Of a DNA stretch of 64,000 nt, positions 60,819-64,000 are shown piece by piece. The position numbers and the translations under genes are program-made. Under the pieces are notes generated by a model. It was not told the origin of the DNA. It made no database searches and saw only the letters and a program-made list of their open reading frames with translations. The stretch is from the NCBI GenBank assembly GCA_963708135.1, contig OY970192.1, positions 3,008,001-3,072,000 of the forward strand, in the 5' to 3' direction. Source of the stretch: an uncultured Gemmatimonadales bacterium. Its GTDB lineage: Bacteria > Gemmatimonadota > Gemmatimonadetes > Longimicrobiales > RSA9. Every line of letters begins with the position of its first letter. Position 1 is the first letter of the stretch.

Positions 60819-61139
60819 GTGGCAACCCGCAGCTTCGAGAGCTCCGCGAAGAAGCTCCTGTCCGAAGAGGACCGGAGGCAGCTTGAGTTGCTCCTGCTGG
60901 GAGATCCACGACATGGCAAGGTGATTGAGCGCACTGGCGGTTTCCGGAAGGTGCGCTTCGCTCGACCCAGCCGGCGTGAAGGGAAGAGCGGCGGTACTCG
61001 GGTGATCTACTATCTCCTCGATCGACGTGACCGGATCTACCTGCTCCTCGTGTACGCGAAGGGGGTGAAGGACACCCTCACCCGCACCGAGGAGAACGAA
61101 CTTCGGAAGCTGGCAAAGGCATTGGAGGAAGAACGGTGA
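60819..61139 (+). CDS. RelE/HigB-type toxin (toxin-first order); true start may be upstream
   Basis: GKVIERTGGFRKVRF...GKSGGTRVIYY...LLLVYAK..KDTLT. Confidence 0.85.
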   Translation: MATRSFESSAKKLLSEEDRRQLELLLLGDPRHGKVIERTGGFRKVRFARPSRREGKSGGTRVIYYLLDRRDRIYLLLVYAKGVKDTLTRTEENELRKLAKALEEER

Positions 61140-61516
61140 CCAAGGCACGGAGGAAGGGTACGTTCGGGCAGGTGCTCATCGAGTCCGCAAGAGAGGCGGT
61201 GCAGATCGAGCGCGGTGAGGCACCCCCGGCTCGTGTCACCAAGCACACGGCTGCGGAAACGAGGGTGGCACCTCCGCCTCAATACGTGCCGGAACGTATC
61301 AAGGGAATCCGGGATGTCATGGCATTGTCCCAGCCTGTCTTCGCTGCGGCCTTGAATGTGAGTCCAGAGACAGTCCGCGCTTGGGAACAGGGGAAGAGGG
61401 AACCCGACGGCCCTACGCTTCGACTCCTCAAGGTAGCGGAGCAGCACCCCGAGGTGCTCCTTACAAAAGTGCGGGCCCGAAGGTCGAGGAAACGGCCCAG
61501 CGCCGAGATCCGGTAA
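61136..61516 (+). CDS. HigA-type XRE HTH antitoxin
   Basis: LSQPVFAAALNVSPETVRAWEQGKREPDGP; GTGA overlap with the toxin. Confidence 0.85.
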   Translation: MTKARRKGTFGQVLIESAREAVQIERGEAPPARVTKHTAAETRVAPPPQYVPERIKGIRDVMALSQPVFAAALNVSPETVRAWEQGKREPDGPTLRLLKVAEQHPEVLLTKVRARRSRKRPSAEIR

Positions 61517-61666
61517 CGTGCCTTGGAATGACGCGGTCAGCGTCATGGCCGGCACGTCTTCTAACACACGGTGAGCGCCTGCGCGGCTTCGCTCCGGCCC
61601 TTCGGGACACCGAATCCTCAGCGCCGCGTTGCGGCGCCACCGGTTCGGCGTCGCTCACCTGGAAAC

Positions 61667-62043
61667 GTTATCCGGAATGCGCTGGTGCGCTGGGGAGTGA
61701 ACCTCTTGTTCCCCTCCCCGCCCCGGATCCAGCGGTTTCGCGGGACCGGTGCAATCGATGATCCTGGCACACCGGGTTCGCGAGGCAGCAGCTGGTGAGG
61801 CGCCGGGCGCATCGTTCCTGTATCCGCGGCGTCGAGAGCCCGGCCGGAGTCGAAGCGTTTGTCGGCGCTGAGTTCCGGGCCGCGCCCGCCTTCCGCTGGA
61901 GGCGGAGGGGCGCACTCCGGATAACAGAGCGGTGGCCGCTGCGCCGCCTTCAGCGGCTTGCCCGCCGGGTGAAGTGAAGTCGTAGGCTGAGAACACGGGC
62001 CGGCGGGACGCGGCGCTGGGGGCCGCGTCGGCAACCGCCAGAC
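61667..62043 (+). repeat. ORF-less cassette, divergent type B (377 bp)
   Basis: Starts GTTATCCGGAATGCGC; inverse core GCGCACTCCGGATAAC at 61910-61925. Confidence 0.8.
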
Positions 62044-62420
62044 GTTATCTGGAATGCGCTGGAGCGCTGAACAGCAATGATGTGCTCCGCCGCCCCGCCC
62101 CGGTTCCAGCGGCTTTGCGCTCGCGGTGCGATGGACGTTGACGGGCCGGGATGCGTCAGAGGAGGCAGGAGCTGGTGAGGCGCCGTGCGTCGGCCCGCCG
62201 GTGCGGTTCGGCAGCGGGGCACGTGCAGGTCGCCGGCGGCGAGTTGCGACCGTTCCAGAGTGCACGGCTGTGGCAGGACGCGAGAGGCGCACTGCAGATA
62301 ACGGAGCGGTGACCGCTGCGCCGCCTTCGGCGGCTCGCCCGCCGGGTGAAGTGAAGTCCAAGCCCGAAAAGATGGGCCGGCGGGACACGGCGCTGCGCGC
62401 CACGTCGGTAACCGAGAGAC
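62044..62420 (+). repeat. ORF-less cassette type C, copy 1 (377 bp)
   Basis: 5' part matches type A, remainder diverges; inverse core at 62287-62302. Confidence 0.8.
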
Positions 62421-62797
62421 GTTATCTGGAATGCGCTGGAGCGCTGAACAGCAATGATGTGCTCCGCCGCCCCGCCCCGGTTCCAGCGGCTTTGCGTTCG
62501 CGGTGCGATCGACGTCCCCGGCCGGGACGGGTCGGACCGACAGGAGCTGGTGAGTCGCCGTGCTTGCGCCGGCTGCGGTTCGGCAGCGAGAGAGATTAGG
62601 GGCGTCGCCGTCGAACTTTCGACCGTTCCAGGGTTGCACGGCTTCGGCCGGACAGGAGAGGCGCACTCCAGATAACAGAGCGGTGACCGCTGCGCCGCCT
62701 GGGCGGCTTGCCCGCCGGGGGAGCGGTGGCGGCGTTTAGCAACACAACATGGGCCGGCGGGACACGGCGCTGCGCGCCGCGTCGGTAACCGCGAAAC
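62421..62797 (+). repeat. ORF-less cassette type A, copy 3 (377 bp)
   Basis: Type A with a 1-nt insertion; inverse core at 62661-62676. Confidence 0.85.
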
Positions 62798-63154
62798 GTT
62801 ATCTGGAATGCGCTGGAGCGCCAAACAGCTGATGTGGTCCCCGCCCCGCCCGGTTCCAGCGGCTTTGCGCTCGCGGTGCGATGGACGTTACGGGCCGGGA
62901 TGCGTCCGAGGGGGCAGGAGCTGGTGAGGCGCCGTGCGTCAGCCCCGCCGGTGCGGTTCGGCGGCGGGGCACCTGCAGGTCGCCGGCGGCGAGTTGCGGC
63001 CATTACAGAGTGCACGGCTGTGGCAGGACGGGAGAGGCGCACTCCAGATAACGGAGCGGTGACCGCTGCGCGCTTGGCGGCTGCGCGGGTGAAGTGAAGT
63101 CAAGCGAAACGAGGGGGCGGGACACGGCGCTGCGCGCCGCGTCGGTAACGAAAC
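62798..63154 (+). repeat. ORF-less cassette type C, copy 2 (357 bp, deletions in the attC part)
   Basis: Inverse core at 63037-63052. Confidence 0.75.
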
Positions 63155-63530
63155 GTTATCTGGAATGCGCTGGAGCGCTGAACAGCAATGATGTGCTCCG
63201 CCGCCCCGCCCCGGTTCCAGCGGCTTTGCGTTCGCGGTGCGATCGACGTCCCCGGCCGGGACGGGTCGGACCGACAGGAGCTGGTGAGTCGCCGTGCTTG
63301 CGCCGGCTGCGGTTCGGCAGCGAGAGAGATTAGGGGCGTCGCCGTTGAACTTTCGACCGTTCCAGGGTTGCACGGCTTCGGCCGGACAGGAGAGGCGCAC
63401 TCCAGATAACAGAGCGGTGACCGCTGCGCCGCCTGGGCGGCTTGCCCGCCGGGGGAGCGGTGGCGGCGTTTAGCAACACAACATGGGCCGGCGGGACACG
63501 GCGCTGCGCGCCGCGTCGGTAACCGCGAAA
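63155..63530 (+). repeat. ORF-less cassette type A, copy 4; 3' crossover missing
   Basis: Inverse core at 63395-63410; ends CGCGAAA without CGTTA. Confidence 0.8.
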
Positions 63531-63595
63531 AAACCGCCATGTTCCGCTCGGCCTTTTGTAGCAGATTTGGGGTGATAACGACAAAGGGAGATTCC

Positions 63596-63807
63596 ATGGC
63601 GAGCGTACGATCGAGGAACTGCTGAAGTTGTGTGGGGAGCGAATCCAGCTGGTCGAAGATCTCTGGGATAGCATGCTGGGACGGAGGGATTTCCGCTCTG
63701 AGGCACAGAAGGCCGAGCTGGATCGCCGGTTAGAGGAGCACAGGGCGGATACGGATAGCGGTGCCTGGGAAGAGGTTCGTGAGCGGCTGTACAAGAAGTA
63801 CGGGTGA
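63596..63807 (+). CDS. addiction-module antitoxin component (TIGR02574-like), apparent early frameshift
   Basis: Manual translation ..IEELLKL..ERIQLVEDLWDS..QKAELDRRLEEH..WEEVRERL; ATG out of frame by an indel. Confidence 0.75.
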
Positions 63808-64000
63808 GTAGCGAGTTCGTTGTCCGCCTCAGGCAGAAGCAGAACTAGATGAGGCTGCGGCTTGGTATTCTGAGCGTTCGAGGGGATTGGGAGCAGAGTT
63901 CGTTCGAATAGTCGATGCCGCGTTCGCGGCGATACAGAGAAATCCGCTACAGTTTACAGTTGTACACAGACAAGTGCGGCGGGCGGTGCTTAGAAGATTT
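63804..64000 (+). CDS. ParE/RelE-family toxin, partial, apparent early frameshift
   Basis: Manual translation ..AEAELDEAAAWYSERSRGLGAEFVRIVDAAFAAIQRNPLQF..VRRAVLRRF. Confidence 0.75.

Larger units (their letters stand above)
60733..61666 (+). mobile_element. toxin-antitoxin gene cassette (934 bp) with own promoter and attC-like site
   Basis: Start GTTAGAAGACATGCCGG pairs with CCGGCACGTCTTCTAAC (61549-61565); lower GC than the flanking chromosome. Confidence 0.85.
58828..64000 (+). mobile_element. non-canonical integron-like locus: recombinase, attI-like site and cassette array (continues beyond the window)
   Basis: Eight AC|GTTA junctions (59981, 60357, 60733, 61667, 62044, 62421, 62798, 63155); attC-like hairpins; TA cargo. 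Confidence 0.85.

Noticed and set aside
59981..63530. CRISPR array interpretation of the repeats
   Set aside because: Units are ~377 bp and homologous along their length, with no short repeat/unique spacer alternation and no cas genes in the window

Overview
Very GC-rich bacterial DNA. The gene repertoire (VPS10/BNR, carboxypeptidase-regulatory, CocE/NonD and many lipoproteins) suggests Gemmatimonadota, but that is inference only. Positions 1-58.7 kb are mostly chromosomal metabolism: a group 1h (high-affinity, atmospheric-H2 type) [NiFe]-hydrogenase cluster with no hypB or hypF (3.6-15.3 kb), a sugar ABC transporter, a hybrid kinase with a degenerate GGDEF domain, an octaheme HAO-like cytochrome with a membrane partner, an ECF sigma operon with glycogen-binding domains, nhaD, an orphan RND permease and serA. 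The standout is 58.8-64 kb, a non-canonical integron-like system. Its tyrosine recombinase lacks the IntI-specific insertion, carries an N-terminal HARP-like domain and points toward an attI-like site. Downstream is a cassette array joined at AC|GTTA: seven related ~357-377 bp cassettes without a credible ORF, interleaved with two toxin-antitoxin modules. The attC-like sites show extended 16-17 bp core/inverse-core pairing, covariation and a conserved mismatch. Several single-base frameshifts may be sequencing errors. All product calls come from motif recognition by eye; no searches were run.
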